From contig OY843752.1 in NCBI GenBank assembly GCA_963693105.1, forward strand, positions 1,577,222 to 1,641,221: a stretch of DNA of 64,000 nucleotides, given 5' to 3'. The stretch comes from an uncultured candidatus Porisulfidus sp. GTDB taxonomy: Bacteria > Pseudomonadota > Gammaproteobacteria > Poriferisulfidales > Oxydemutatoraceae. The notes beneath the pieces were generated by a model. It was not told where the DNA came from, searched no databases, and saw only the letters and a program-made list of their open reading frames with translations. Every line of letters starts with the position of its first letter. Positions within the stretch are counted from its first letter, which is position 1. Made by a program: the position numbers and the translations under genes. Of this stretch, positions 63,435-64,000 are shown one piece after another.

Positions 63435-64000
63435 ATGACAAACAAAACACAAAAAGCCGTCCTCAATATCTGCATCGCCGCCGCTCTCGCGCTGCCCGCG
63501 CCCTTTGCCTTCGCCGCCGATTACGACATTGACCCGGCGCATTCCTTTATTCAGTTCCGCGTCAAGCATCTCGGCTACAGTTGGCTGGTCGGAAGGTTCA
63601 ACCGCTTTTCCGGCTCTTTCCACTACGACGCCGACCACCCCGAGATGGGCAGCATCGAGATCGAGATCGAGACCGCGAGTGTTGACAGCAACCACGCCGA
63701 ACGCGACAAGCACCTGCGCAACGAGGATTTTCTCGACGTGACCAAACACCCGCAGGCGGTTTTCAAGAGCACGCGCTATGAAGGCGACGCCGGCGGCGGC
63801 AAAATGCACGGCACACTGACGCTGCACGGGCGCAGCAAGCCGATTGCCGTCGCCATCAGCAAGATCGGCGAAGGCGACGACCCGTGGGGCGGCTACCGCG
63901 CCGGCTTCGAGGGCTGGGTCACTTTTGCGCGCGCCGATTTCGGCATGGATTTCGACCTGGGGCCGTCGGCGAAAAACGTCGAGATGGACCTCTACATTGA
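63435..64000 (+). CDS. yceI: YceI-family periplasmic protein (partial; the 3' end runs off the window)
   Basis: Protein MTNKTQKAVLNICIAAALALPAPFAFAADYDIDPAHSFIQFRVKHLGYSWLVGRFNRFSGSF... with the classic YceI signature. It is absent from the ORF track because no stop lies inside the window. Confidence 0.75.
   Translation, partial: MTNKTQKAVLNICIAAALALPAPFAFAADYDIDPAHSFIQFRVKHLGYSWLVGRFNRFSGSFHYDADHPEMGSIEIEIETASVDSNHAERDKHLRNEDFLDVTKHPQAVFKSTRYEGDAGGGKMHGTLTLHGRSKPIAVAISKIGEGDDPWGGYRAGFEGWVTFARADFGMDFDLGPSAKNVEMDLYI

Noticed and set aside
63375-63827. 5' extension of the birA ORF
   Set aside because: It would run through the divergent yceI start at 63435 and its promoter. BirA homology begins only around residue 160 of the track ORF.

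Overview
This 64-kb window comes from a GC-rich (about 65%) gammaproteobacterial chromosome. Its gene content suggests a sulfur-oxidising lineage: flavocytochrome c sulfide dehydrogenase fccAB, an ETHE1-like persulfide dioxygenase, several c-type cytochromes and a complete ccmABCDEFGHI cytochrome c maturation operon.

Gene order across the window:
- Left part: lolC/E (partial, minus strand), ccmI-H-G-F-E-D-C-B-A (minus), a NapC/NirT-type tetrahaem cytochrome, fccA-fccB, mfd, and a CsiV-like secreted protein.
- Low-GC island, about 12.5 kb (14.2-26.8 kb), between the csiV-like gene and gltX: a Type I R-M locus (hsdR, hsdS, hsdM), all on the minus strand.
- Right part: gltX, pgpA, nusB-thiL (apparently fused), ribH, ribB, eno, kdsA, pyrG, tilS, accA, zapE, purC, bioD, the persulfide dioxygenase, bolA, cytochrome c4, mdh, a DUF1249 protein, a ygfX-like gene, sdhE, sdhB-A-D-C, metF, metE, a cysB-like regulator, a cysH-like ORF, metZ, dnaE, rnhB, a small AT-rich islet with a SnoaL-like gene, lpxB, an MscS-family channel, nagZ, coaX, birA, and yceI (partial).

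Two events have altered the R-M island:
- A tightly overlapping three-gene cassette sits between hsdS and hsdR: a DUF262 ParB-like nuclease-domain protein, an AAA_21-type ATPase with a DUF3696 tail, and an uncharacterised 326-aa protein. This is the best candidate in the window for a novel antiphage system.
- hsdM is split by an IS1595-family element with 26-bp inverted repeats and an 8-bp target duplication. The element carries a beta-class DNA methyltransferase fused to an HNH nuclease as a passenger gene, and a C9 homopolymer sits just upstream of that gene.

No rRNA, tRNA or CRISPR array was seen. Many long antisense ORFs in the six-frame track are artefacts of the high GC content.
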